From Phallusia mammillata (Eukaryota), in NCBI GenBank assembly GCA_965637545.1, contig OZ281495.1, positions 24,242,001 through 24,306,000 of the forward strand: a DNA stretch of 64,000 nucleotides. The letters run 5' to 3'. Positions 47,244 through 60,328 of the stretch are shown here, in pieces. Both the position numbers and the translations under genes were made by a program. Numbering within the stretch: the first letter of the stretch is position 1; each line of letters opens with the position of its first letter. The notes under the pieces are model-generated. The model was given only the letters and a program-made list of their open reading frames with translations, was not told the DNA's origin and searched no databases.

Positions 47244-50200
47244 CGAACTGCAAACGTACAGGTAAGGACCAAGTTTGGGTTAGATGAGTCTACAGCAGGA
47301 ATATAAATAAAAGCTATTTTTAAAGTAATTGCCACGGGAAATTTTATGTAATTGACAGCTTCGAATGTTGGACTCTTACTTAAGGGATTTTACGGAAAAA
47401 AATTTCTCTGACCTTTCGTCAAGATTCGCAATTTTTACCTTTGCACGAAATAATTGGCGCTTTAGTAGAAACCTTTACCCGTGTTCGGTGTAAATTTAGC
47501 TTAGTCACAGAGAACAATGCAATTGGCCTAACCGCAATCTTGTTGGGGGCTAGGCGCAAATTTGTTTTGTAGCCAGCGCTCGGGCGCATTGGCACGCGAA
47601 AGCAATTACATCGGATAACAATTTGTTTCTTGAATTTGCAGCACTCGCGACATCATCCTGAATAATGACACGTCTCGCAACACGAAGTGCCTGGACCTGT
47701 GCCTTTTCGCACGTTATGGCGGCAAAGAGGAAATGCTAACTCTACTACTAAAGTTATTTATATCGACAAAGGGCCGCGACCTTCTTGCGCCAAAACACTG
47801 TGGCTTCATTCGTATCTACAAATATATATTATCTATTCGACAATGCAAGACCGCAGCGGAAAAGCGCTCCCCCATCCCGTGTCTCACTTGTTAAATTTTA
47901 CCTGCCTGATTCGTATTTCTCTTGCCGTGTCGCTGTGCAGTGGACCTCCCGGCGTTTTGTATCGTTAAAACCTCGGTATTACTTTTTGTCGTAAGCAAAA
48001 TAACTCTCGTCCGTCTTGTACACACCATCGCCATTTTGTCGTGACGTGTTCTGTCCACTCAAGACATCATTTACTTTTCGCGCATCGTCGTCACTGTACT
48101 GTTTCCTCTTTTTGTCTACTTATTTATTCCATTACACTATTAAGTGACATCGCTTCAATACATGTTGTACCGTACGTATTTTACACGAACCAGTGTGAAG
48201 CCTTGCGTCCAGCAAAGGATGTTAAAATACCGGGAGCGGTTAGAGGAGCGAGGATTAGTCAAACTTAGTTGTTGGTGAACTTAATCGACCCCAATCCGCC
48301 GAAAAAGCAATACATGAGGTTCAGTCCATTAGCTGTGTTTATTTTTATAATCCAGTACTGGATGAAGGAATTTAAGCCGGTTTAAAAACCGATGTTTGGT
48401 TGCAAAGTCAACGGCAAAACGCTGCTGGTTTTGGTAAGAAATTCCAGCAAAAATAACCATCGATTGTACTTACAAAAATAACACGTTTAAACAGTAGTTA
48501 AAATTGTTGAGTTTCAGTCATTTGAAAATATGAGAGCGTCGACATTTTGCGTACGTGATAGCGTGACAGACGGACATGAAAACGATTAATTTGGATTGCC
48601 AAAGTTCGAGTTCGCGTTTACGGTTTCAATATCACACCCACACGGAATTATTTCAGTCACAAATATGGTAAAGTTCGTTTGTTGCACAACCAAAGATAAT
48701 CTAGCCACGACCCTCGCGTTTTAAGCAATGCAAAATATCGCCAAGACCACCTATACCGATCAACCCGCGTCGGCCGACCAAAAGCGGCAAAACTCGACGC
48801 TTGAAAATAACTTGGTTTCCACCATTTTCAGGTGGCGCAGTGGCTTTACGCCTGTCGATGGAACAACTTGATAAGGTGTTGTATGCCAAATACCCTCGAC
48901 ATGATCGTGCAGCAGGTATCAACTCACACCTGTATGTCATGTACACTGGCTTATCCGCCGGCGAGGAACAGTTTCGTTGGCCAAACAAATACAACAAGTG
49001 TGACTGTCGAGTATATTGACAACCGCTGCAAGTGGCTCCCATATTTTGCGTCCCCGCTATGAGGAACTTAAACAAACATTGGAAATCATGGTCACATCAT
49101 GTTTATTTTATGCGTTAGTTTTGTTTATGCATCGTTTTGCCAAAATAATTAGGAATCTCTTTGCATTAAACTATAATGCATTTAACTGGTTCAAACTTTA
49201 AATATCACTGCGTGTGTAGCCGCAAAAATTGCAGTGTGCTCTGTTGACAGTGTTTTCATCTTAATATACCAAAGTTTGCAAGTCATTAACGCATGCACAA
49301 CACGATTGCGTTTAAAGAATCAAGCTAAGAGTTTGACATATCGGGTCGAATCAAGTCACGCTGCAAATTGCATCACAAGCTTATGCACCGTTTCTTCCAG
49401 GTAAAAACACTATAACCATTGCTTGACGTTATAGCACTAGTCGCTGCGGCCAGTTTACCTTGTCTGACGAAGAAACAACAAACATTGACTGGTGGGTATT
49501 GTTTTTTTATTGCGATACGAAAAAAGCTTGTTTGCATAGAGAGTGTTCAGAGATATCTTGAGGCCGCTTGAAAATGAGTGACACTATCTTTTTTTCTCAA
49601 ACTTCTCGCGCCCCACTTTCTGGGAAACAAGCTTTTATTGGCGTCGGACAAAATTCCCACATGAGGGAAGTTGTCAGGTTTAAACTGGACTGATCGCTAG
49701 CGGAACGTGATGAGAAATGCCATAGCAACTTACCGGGAAACGGATTAACGAAGATTTTCTCGGCCGCGGCAGGGGAAGTAAAAAAACCACGACACGACAG
49801 CTGACACGGATCGTCTATTCGCGTCCGTAAGGCGCAGTATGTTGCGAGTTTTGGTATTTCGCTTTAGATGTACATAACAACAGTTGAGCAATGAAGAGCC
49901 AAGGGTTGCAATTTTTTTACCATGCTTACAAAATTTGACACACCACAAAAATTTTCCTTCATGGAATTAAGAATGGTTTTAAGAACATTGTGCATAGCAA
50001 TAAGATCTTTTGACAGTGTTTTGTTTTCCACGACTCGAAATTCTACATTAAATAATGCGTTACAAGAAACTCTTGAAAAAGTTTTGACCGTAGCCCATCG
50101 CGAATCCATAAACTTAAATTTGAAAAATCTCAAGCTTTGTTGTTTATGGTTTAAAAACGAAAGTAAGATGTTATGCTTAAAGGCAACACCCGTCAGCATT

Positions 50201-50274
50201 TACGAAGCAGGCCCCCGAGTATTTTAGTGGCAGGGGTCACAAAAGTATTGGATATGGCTTAGAATCAATGATAT

Positions 50275-53127
50275 TCAAACGTGAACTTTTCCGTTTAGAC
50301 CAATTTTGGTGCTTGTAGTCTTCGTCCGTACCGATGTAGATCCACCTCTAGTACCCCGAGTATCATCCGCTTGCTTTGCCTGCAAAATCATCAAAAAAGC
50401 GTGCGCAGCGTTAATCGGATTGCAACTCACTTCGCTTGGCGTGTTTACGGCAAACGATGACCGGTCGTCGTTTTTTACCAAGCAAAGCGACCTTCTTGGC
50501 AGCTTACACAGTTTGCGGGAAAAAAACATTCGTGATTATTTAGTAACGATTTGCTACGCACTGAATCATGTAAGGTTCATGTATGGAGCGACTTACAACG
50601 CTGAACTGTTTGCCGGGGTCAAGTTAACGGCAAAACAGGCGCCTAACGTTACTCATGTTTATTTACAGCCAAATGCGAAAGTCATATAATCCGATGCCAA
50701 AGAATTTGCATGTACGGATATTCGTAAATTACGACATTCTTATTCGATCAACGTGTTGTTAATTGTAGGAGTTGTTCCTAAACAGTATTTAGGCCAAAAT
50801 CAAATTGATTGTTGACAACAAAATTAGAATTTTATGTTGTTAAAAATATGACAGGAAAAAATATGTGCCCGCATTTTAGGTTTAGTGTTGTACCGTTTAT
50901 AAATATTTTAGTTTTTGCAAGTACAATAGTTAATACGTGATTACCTCCGTTGTATGATCAAGCCTGCCCTTCATCCTTGCGATTCCGCAGTAAACAATAA
51001 ATATTATGAGAAACCCGAGAAACAACAACAGAGTCGGCCAAAACACGCTGCAAGTAGAAATTTTCTCGTTACTTTTTTATTAATTTCCAAATTGATATTT
51101 CAGTTTAAATTGCAATGACTGTAGGTCTGTAGCTCAGTTCTATAAAACACGGTCGACTGCAAAATGACTTGTAAAAGTCAGAGCCGAAAATGCTAGAATC
51201 CCCCTAAAAGGTTTTCGAAATTTGTATGTAAGTTAATTTGGAACGCCTCGAGACCATTCCGTACTTTGTCCTTACACCAAACAGAAACGGTCTTCAGGAT
51301 CCCCATTTAAGTTCAACACCGCCACCTGCCGAAAATTAATCACTCGAAGACAGGAATTTACTCAAATATGCAAGGAAAATATTATCGATATTTAAGAAAT
51401 ACAGATTTTCGCACCTGTGGAAAATACTCCACTCTGTATAATGTCTTTCAATGACTGTATCCGTCGGATTTCTCGGGTCGTAAAGGCACTTGAATGAGGA
51501 TCCAAGGATTCCCGCAACGCGTTTAAATTTTTCAACCGCTTGTTTCATGATTTCTATGTCTCTGGTGCAAGGCGGATGGTACGAGCACTGTAAAAGGAAA
51601 TCAATTCCACAACCACATTTATATGCAGTACAGCTTTCTGGTGGTTAAACCTACGTTCCCTCAATATTCAAATTGGCAGAACAAATTAGTAAAGAAAATT
51701 GAATTTCATGTTTCGTTTTTTGTTTGCAATAGTACTAATGGTTCAAGTGAGATTCCAAATCAGTAAATTTAGATCGTTACTTTAAGTAAGGAACATTAGC
51801 CTAATTTGTTCACCTGGTCAGCATAGAGAATATCCATGTCACTCATGTGCAGAAATGCTCGATGAGCGTTTGCTACCATTAGTCGTTGGTTGGCAACTTT
51901 GTTTTCCAAGTTTCCTGGAAAGTAATTTGTATTTTATTCGTGGAAACACACAAAGGCATCACATTTTTTAACATAATGTTAGAAAGTACATTAGTTTTTT
52001 TTTTCAGTTTTGGATTAACTTTAGACTTTTTAAAGGGGTTCGTTCTTGTGGAATAAGAAATTAAACATATAGGTTCATACCCTAAAACGAAATAACAGGC
52101 ACAAATGGAGCATCCGTCCAATATTTAACAAAATGTGGTTAAAGTTGCATTCAAGGTATAGTCTTGAAACGCATCAAACGTTTTTATAAAAACAGTGGTG
52201 TTTAAGCAACTCTAAAAACTTTTTTTTTCATTAAGCTTTTCATCATGTATGTGTTCTGTGTACTTAGGTCTTTAATGTTAGGACTCACCATTATTAACTT
52301 GCACAAGTTCCTTGTACGTGACGATAACCTGCACGCACGGGTAATTGTATTGACCTGCAGCTACGTAATCTCGAGACACTCCGCAGTCGTTCTCCGGGTA
52401 ACAAAGGTTCGGGCTCTGCACCATGGTTTGACTCACAACCGTGCAAGTCTGTAAATGCACAGGAGCATTTGAAATTGTACGAAATCGATTTTCTGCGAAC
52501 GCTCTAGATTTGGGTTAGTCAAGAGTGAGTTTGGATTTCCAATAAAACGGCGAGTTGGTTTTGGCCTTAAAGTGTTAGCATACTAAAGCCAAGTCATAAA
52601 AAACGAAACTCAAAGCAATTAACAGTGTATTGTTTCTATTGTATAGCAGCCACGTTGTGTACAAAATGTTACTTTGCGCTTGTTAAGTGTCATAAACGAG
52701 TGTGCTTGCGTTGGTCTTCTTTCCAAAACATTGAAAACTATTCTATTAGGTTCAGTCCCACTTTGGAAGGCAACAATAATTATACTATTAAGACAAGGAC
52801 ATATTCAACCGATCTTAATTCAATGTACATTCAAAGGTCCAAAAAATGAAGCAAAATTGGCGTCTTGATAGTCACTTCTCGGCCTGTGGCTGCTGCCTTT
52901 TGTCACAATTTCTTAACGTGCTCTATACCATTTAGCAACCTAAAGTTTTATCGAACCTTCAAGCAAAAACTTACCGTTTCCTTGAAGCTAATGCTCTTCA
53001 TAGCCGGAAGCAGCAGTGTGTTTGCGAGCAGAGCGAACGACACAAGTGCAACCACCATCATTGCCATACCAAGTTGAACGACTCGAATTTCACTCCGCGA
53101 AAAACGGTACCTAATCATCTCCACCAT
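50275..53127 (-). CDS. KCNMB: Calcium-activated (BK/Slo) potassium channel beta-subunit-like protein, 2 TM, 6 exons
   Basis: Exons (-) 53127-52975, 52448-52289, 52081-52020, 51587-51415, 51047-50945, then a last exon 50379-50275 (alternative 50777-50748). EIRVVQLGMAMMV..TCT..YPCVQVIV..CSYHPPC..FKCLYDP..IFHSVFWPTLL parallels KCNMB2 EDRAILLGLAMMV..QCT..YPCLQVYV..CSYIPKC..FSCYSDP..LFHSLFWPTCM. Confidence 0.88.
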
Positions 53128-54241
53128 TTGCTATGCACACAGCAACCAAATCCACACTAAAGGTTATCAGAGCTTTTAAGTCCAAAAAGCCCAGTGTTCA
53201 AGAAACAGCGAATCATACTGACTGACCTTTCTGACTGACGCCTAGACCTTTAATGCATTCAGCGTCGTCGCAGGTTTAATGCTTAATTGTATATCGATTA
53301 TCCTGAGGATTGTGAAAAAATACTCAGCCGATTAGAAACACGACAGAGAATTGCTTTCCCACAAAATCAGTGTTAATGCACGCAAAAAAATCCATATTTA
53401 TTATCAGGGGCTAACGCAGGGTTAGCCAATCGGCTGCCTAAATCCAATTCTTCCGATTGGCAAAAACCTCTTGACCTTTTACCTACTGACCTTATTTGGT
53501 TAAATATTTAGAGTTATAGGTACAGAGATAAGTTTTTGCAGTTACACAATGGAGGTGCGGATCTAGTTGAATATGTACTGTGAATACTTATACAACTATA
53601 CTTGTATTTCTTGTTAACTTTAGGTTCAACGTAGCGTGTATAATGGTCATCAGACCTCTGCCAGCATTAAACTAAATTGTCCAAATAATAATTAGTTCAA
53701 TTTATGACTAATGCATGCAGTGTAAAAATAGTTTGGAAAAGCCTTTCCGCATAATTATACCTTTGGATATCTAGTGCATAAACATTACCTTTTATCACCA
53801 GTAAAATCTAAAAACTGTGAAAAATTTTTAATCAATTGCTGTCTCAGACCACCTTAACGTTCCACATAATTTGCCATCACACCAACGCAAAAACAAACGA
53901 TTTAGGTTCTTAAATGTTGTGTACATAAACACTGAAGACAAAGACTTCCCTATGGAGGATGTAAATTTGTCTCAGAATCTGGCTTAAAACAGGTGCTTGA
54001 GGAACCAGCGTTGCCTCGTCGAGTTGATATTCGACCGAAGCTTGAGGAAATTGATTATTTCTTACCACAATCAATGCGACAAGTAGGTGACCTCAACCCA
54101 GGTCAGTGTCTGAATCATAAAAACGCCCTTTGCACCTTTGCATAGCATTTGGGCGGCCAAAATCCCACCTCTGGTCTAACGTTCATTACTTAAATGACGA
54201 TGCAGTAAAGTTCATTGGACGGGTTGCAAATATGCGTCAAA

Positions 54242-57200
54242 CTACAAGGCCAAGGCCATGCTGCTAACATGTACGCCAGGGTCATCTAGTCTCAGAGCCG
54301 GGATGTCCAATTTGAATCCGTCCTCTTGTTCATCGTTTTCCTCATTGATTGTAAACATCTCCCTTTCTTGCGGAGGAGCACTTGGCGGAGGTTTCATGTT
54401 TCGTCCGTATCGCCACAGGTAGATCGGGAGGCCAAATCCGAAGATGGTTGAAACCAATAGGGCAAAGTTGATCTGTTAATGGTAACCCCAAAGTTTGTTG
54501 CTGTTGTAAAGTTTACGTACGCGAGCTACACAGGATCGAACTATGACTCATTGCTTTAAAAATGTCAAAGTAGTTTATAATCTTGGCGTTTCTGGTGTAA
54601 ACGTTTGTGGTTGGTTAAATTTATCTCAGCCGTTAGGCTAGATAACCTTTTGCTACGCAAATGGAAAGTCGCAATTTCTATATTTCGTGCTTAAAAATGG
54701 GATGATAAATTTAGATTGATTGCACTTTAATAAGGCAGTAATTTTAAAGGCTAAAATCATTTGCCCTTGTTTCTGATCACAGTAGGAGTTTTTTGTAGCT
54801 GGAAACCTTACCCAGAAAGGATCTCCGCCCAAAGAAGTATTTATGCAAACAAATAGAGGATCTTGCACCAGTATCGCCATTGCTGAGAGAAAGGAAACAA
54901 GGCCCGTAAGCTTTCCAAAGTACGAAAAATGATACCTGAAACCGAATAGATATCAATTAATTCAACGGATGATAGAAACGGCCTTGTTGTATGCCAGAAA
55001 ACTCACATGCAAGCGTACAATCCTCCGACAGAAGAATGAAGGAACGTTCGGATTGCTGTGTGCGCTATAAATGCGACGACCTAAAGAGTTGGGTTTTCAT
55101 AAGTAATGTCATACTGTTCTTTTTAATTGCCAAGTAAACTTGAAGGATTGGCAATGCAGTACAAAAAATAGCTACAAGTTTATGACATATTTTGTTTGTC
55201 CTGGCATGAACCAACACTTCTGAAATGTGTATTCTGTTTTGATGTTCAATTCAGATCGTCCTTAAATGGATAATAAGTCTTTGATTGCTTTTTCTTATAA
55301 TGAGGCGAGCATTATGTATTAATGAATCGGTCTTTTCCCTTGAGGGTGTCAGACCTCTTGTTAGCGCAACAGTTATTTATTTTCGACGGAGACTCAGTAA
55401 GGTTACCTGTAAAGGTAAGATCTTCTCGAACAAAACTATGACGCCGAACAACGTCAGAAGAAGATTAGTGATCATAAAAGCGCGCGCCAAATTGTTCACT
55501 TGCTGTTTCTTCTTCTTAAACTGTTTTTCAGGCTCGCTAAGAGCAACAGGCTCCTCATGGTTAGCATGGCCGTTCGCAACATGTCTAATTGACAGAAAAA
55601 CAAGATTTATTTGTTAACGGAAAACTGAAATGGTATTGGTGTCAGTAACATTCCAAAAACGAAGCAGGTACAGAACTACATTTTCGTTTGGAAATCACGT
55701 TCCCCTACCCGTTTGAAATACTTGTCTTTCTATGTTTATCATCGCCCCCATTGGACAAGGCTGGTGATGATTCGGCACTTTCCAATATATCTTTCTTTTT
55801 CTTTTTCTTGCCCTTTAGGTTCCAGTCCATAATAGTTCCAATAATTGGCGCCATAAAGAAGCAATTGATTTGGAAAAGCCCGAACAGAAATGTGTAATAT
55901 TCGACTGTAAAACAAGAGCCTATTTAACATTGGTTGTTTTATCCACAAGGTGGCAGTTATGTGCAATAAAAACACAAACACTGGGTTGTTGTTCACGCTG
56001 ACGTTGCTGTGGTTCAAAGGTCAATATAGATACAGCTGTATATGAGTCAGCGTTTACCGACTACTGGAAGTATGTGTTTACACATCTTATTTGTGGAAAT
56101 TTTATCCACACCTAATCGAAATCGCGCCAGTTCCGGCCGTTGAGTTTTTAAAGACAATGAAGGTTTGGTGAATGTTCCTACAATACCCGTTTCTATTGCT
56201 TCTTGGTCGTCTAACTCAAGCTGTTCAGCTGAAGATCTCAGGTAGAGTTCGAGCCATCCCATGTAAGCGATCAACCTTAGTTGTGTAAGACACATTGTGA
56301 CAAAGCTCCACAGAAGGCAGGGTGAACGCAAAACTTGTAGAAAAGTTTGATCTGGCCCGGAACCTTTTCCACTGATGTCTATACTGTAAAACATATCTGT
56401 GTGAAAAGTCGACTTTGGTATTGGAACTAGTTGTTTTGCACAACAAGACGCCATTGCTACAGCCCCTTAAAGTGTCGGTGGAGTATGAGTCAAATGCCTT
56501 TGGGAAATTAAACAATAAAGCTTGCATTACGCGGCGAGATGTAAACTTTCATAACCTTTTAGCATTGCATCATTTAATAAATTATTTCGTTCAACTGGTG
56601 TAAATGCCACACAAAATACTAGTTGTTGTTTTCAAGAACTTGTATTTTCGCTGACGTTGCGCCCACCAGATCGGTAGGGCTTCTTCAGAGCAATGAATGA
56701 ATAATACAGCGGGCACAGAGGCGAAAATGTTCAAACACAGCGGGATACGATGAAAAATAATTACATTAGGACAAAGGCTTTCCGTGAAGAGTTGCGTGTG
56801 CTACAAACTGACAGGGCGCAACTAATGTACGATAGTTGATGGGGAAGTCGGACGCAAGATGTCGCGGAAAACTGAGCTCAGGCTTTTGCCATCGTTACGA
56901 TTTAAAACATTTGAATTAGAATTTATGAGGCAACTTTCAAGTGAACGCTGTGTTTGAACATTTTCGCCTCTGTGCCCGCTGTATTATTCATTCATTGCTC
57001 TGAAGAAGCCCTACCGATCTGGTGGGCGAAACGTCAGCGAAAATACAAGTTCTTGAAAACAACAACTAGTATTTTGTGTAGCATTTACACCAGTTGAACG
57101 AAATAATTTATTAAATATGCAACCTGGTGAACGAAACGCCTGTTCAGTATTTTCTATTGCATCATTTGTTGCACAACATGTCCAAGTGTCAGTACGAAAA

Positions 57201-60200
57201 ATTATTGTCGAGGGAAAATAATATACTCACACTGATTCGAGATAGTCATGAGCTTCGGAAGGTGCGATATCTATGGAACTCATCCGTCGTCCAACGCTGC
57301 TCGTGTGGTTGAGAAACTTTTTACCCGTGACCTTGTGGTCAAAGTTCATGGCCCCGAACCTCAACTTGATCCTGAAAGTATCATGTTTTTGAACAAAGTC
57401 AGAAGTTGCACAGATATTGACAAACACATTAAAAATACATCTGGGCTTATGTAAATACCAAAAGAACTAGGTATATTTGATAAACTTCTTTTTGTTGAAA
57501 TATATTTGAATTACCTTTTTAAGATGTATATCTTAGAATATAAAGTATTTTCTGATCTAAACTTTAAAGAGTTGTCAAAAATCATCTAGCACAAAATTTC
57601 GGGCGGAAATTTCAAATCAATAGCAAAGATTTATACTTACGCGTAACTGAGGTCGTCTGGGCCGGGTATTGGTTCACCAGGAGTATTGAAAAAACAATTA
57701 AGAAACGTTAGAAATGCAATCGACGCGTGAAAAATCATGATGGCTTGAAACGGCATGCCCGCATCGTACGCTGCCTACAAAATATGTTACTTGATATTGT
57801 AGTTCTACCACGATCAGAATGCAGTTATACACACCTTGAATAACATGTACATTATAGCAGAAGCGGAGTAGGAACCTATCATTAGGGAAATCATTGTCGA
57901 TCGAAGATTCTCGAAAAGGTTGGGAATAGGAAAGCTTGTGAAAATATATACGACACCGCCCATTCCATTCAAACATACAGCCGGTGCCATCAGAATGCTG
58001 TAATCTGTAGATACAAACAAAAACGAATCTGTACCAGGGGGATCAAATCTGTAACATTTTTGGATGTACTCGCATTCAAAGCCAATTTAATCCGATCATT
58101 AAACATGGACATTGCAAAAAGCAAAAGGGCATATGCGAACGACCTTTACAAAAGCAGTTGCTGTGTGTATGGGAAGTAGGATTAACTTTTCTTCAACCCT
58201 ATACTTAACAGGAATCACAACACCACACTCTCGCTACGCGATGTCAGCACGCTTTTTGTGATTTGAGTTATGTGTACACAGTTTTGGTTAGTCCCCCGCG
58301 CCTACACAGTTAGACTTGTACAAATATTACTTTACAGGGCAATAAAAACAGTAACTGGCAGTTGTATGCAAATCATTGCATACAGTTTTCAGAAAAAGAT
58401 TTCGGGGCCGGGCCATCATGTTTAGGATGTTAGTTGCAGTCATGATAGCAAAGTAACGGTTATGGCATAATTTGACCCTATCTAGCAAATTAACCAAAAC
58501 GATATTGAAATGTCAATCACAATGAAAAAACTTGTACCTGCAATTACATACGTAGCGATGTTAAGATATAAGAATATAGTACCGAAAAAGTGGGTAAGAT
58601 TAAATATTAAACTTAATTAGCAGGTATAAGTTTAACGCGATAAACAAGATTTGAAATCACGGCCTGTAGGTAAATGTTTCTATTTTTACAACATGTTTTT
58701 CGTTAAACCCGAAACTTACTCTCGGTGTCCAAAGAACCGATGGCGAACAAAACACATGAAACCATGAACGTCAGCCTGTAACAAAAACACAAAAATATAA
58801 AGTTCAAAATGCCACCGAATATATCACTCAGTGAAAACTTACGTTCCGCATAAACGGATCATTCGCGATCCGTATTTGTCCATGATAACGCCCAGGATAA
58901 CGGTAACACCACTTAAAAGACTTGATCCAATGGAGAAGTATCGGTTAAGAATTTCATCCTGGTCTGCGCAGGTAGGATAGCCCGATGGCATGTATTTCTG
59001 AAAGCAGATATCAAACATCGTTTAGTTTGTGGATAAAAAGCAGATTAAAAGGACAGATACGGTTTAACATTTTGATATCTACAAGTATATTTGGACAGTT
59101 TACCAGCACCTTTTTGCTGCTTTTTTGATTTTTCGTGATTCTGTAGTTTTATGTATTGTTTAAACTTAAATATGACAAAAAATGTTAACGTTCATAATCC
59201 AGTCCAATTGACTTGTTTGTTTTCGGTCGGAGTTTTGGAAAAAATGTGCATATGTTTTAAAGCCAACATAGATTGATGACTATTTACGTTCAAAATCATT
59301 TACTGGCCCGTATCATTAAGGCAACTGTTGTTACCAAGGATTGTTTCTAAGCTCATACAAAATCTTAACACAACGAAAAGGGATGTTGCAAACAGCAGAT
59401 GATTTAGCTGTCGTGCGGGTTTGATTTATTGCAGCTGCTGCTGGACCGTTCTTTTACTGTTAAAATTGCAATGTTGTGACTTCTGCAAAAGACAGACCAC
59501 AACATAAATCGCTGACTCAAGCCCTTGTGACATCAGCGATACGTCAGTGGGACAAAGCCGGTACTTGTTTGTCAAGCCTATCTGCAAGCAAACAAATACG
59601 TTGTCATTGCAAGTATGCACAACGCCACCAAGGATTTGATGCGCTTGACACTCTGTTCCAATGATGTATAATTGATAATCCAGTGCACTGCCAGCTGTCG
59701 AAGCGAAATAGCGACGACAGATCAATGACCCGCAACGCAGGTGTTTGTGCTACTGCCTTGTCCATGCAATGGCTCGAATAATTTAACGAACAAGGCTTTG
59801 TTGCAACTAGCACTCGCTTTACGACATATCAGTGTCATAAATTCAAAATCGACCCTCGTTCAGTGCAACAACAAGTGCATCGACCAAAACAGTTTGGCCC
59901 GTTTTATAATCAAAATGTTTTAATAAATGCTAATAGTTACCACTTCTGACTCGGGTTCGGTGACGTTAGTCGGTGACGTAGTGAAGTTATTGTTAGTCGA
60001 AGTATCGTTACCTGAAAACATATGACAAACATCAAATAATTTTAAGTAACATTTTTTTCATTATGACAATTTGTAACAGAACAAGCCAAACTTCATAACC
60101 GACACTCTCATGGTATGTTGAACCAAAGTTTCCTGCATTAAAATGCATCGTACCTAAGGCACCGTCCCCCGAAGTGAGACAAACATTTGCGTAAAATCCT

Positions 60201-60328
60201 TCGTTCTTGAGCATAAGAAGCAGAGAACTCCAGCCCAAGAGAACAGCAGCAAACATAAGATTCTCAAGCACGGATGTCACAGCTATCCACCATTTTCTCT
60301 GGTTAGCTTGGTGCAGAGTAGGAGCCAT
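54242..60328 (-). CDS. SLC43A1/2: SLC43 family (LAT3/LAT4) neutral amino-acid transporter, ~633 aa, 13 exons
   Basis: Exons (-) 60328-60154, 60011-59941, 58997-58843, 58775-58720, 58004-57835, 57774-57641, 57371-57231, 56383-56187, 55904-55709, 55584-55407, 55080-55007, 54935-54812, 54472-54242 are phase-consistent (1902 nt). MAPTLHQANQRKWWIAVTSVLENLMFAAVLLGWSSLLLMLKNEGFY and FDHKVTGKKF match SLC43A1/2. Confidence 0.95.
56648..56693 (-). ncRNA. Hammerhead copy with mutated core (GAAA to GCAA), probably inactive
   Basis: The reverse complement reads TTGCTCTGAAGAAGCCCTACCGATCTGGTGGGCGCAACGTCAGCGA. Confidence 0.7.
56995..57040 (+). ncRNA. Minimal type I hammerhead ribozyme
   Basis: TTGCT-CTGAAGA-A-GCCCTACC-GATCT-GGTGGGC-GAAA-CGTC-AGCGA: stem I TTGCT/AGCGA, CUGANGA and GAAA core, stem II GCCC(T)ACC/GGTGGGC, palindromic ACGT stem III, GUC cleavage triplet ending at 57035. 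Confidence 0.8.

Larger units (their letters stand above)
56572..57116. mobile_element. Penelope-like element remnant: 171-bp inverted repeats (56572-56742 / 56946-57116) around a 203-bp spacer, in SLC43 intron 7
   Basis: The arms differ at only two positions by eye, and each carries a hammerhead motif. Inverted pseudo-LTRs with hammerheads are characteristic of Penelope-like elements. Confidence 0.75.

Noticed and set aside
48832-49062. Second natriuretic-like ring (CCMPNTLDMIVQQVSTHTC)
   Set aside because: Lacks the F and the G-C, has no signal-peptide exon, and three overlapping frames are equally plausible.
49864-50199. hAT transposase fragment (DSRWATVK)
   Set aside because: Motif order does not fit hAT transposases, and the region is better explained as KCNMB 3'UTR.
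38000-52500. Decayed endogenous large DNA virus suggested by many short protein-like ORFs
   Set aside because: No polymerase, terminase, capsid or integrase motif was recognised. Several of these ORFs turned out to be exons, antisense shadows or introns of the peptide and KCNMB genes.
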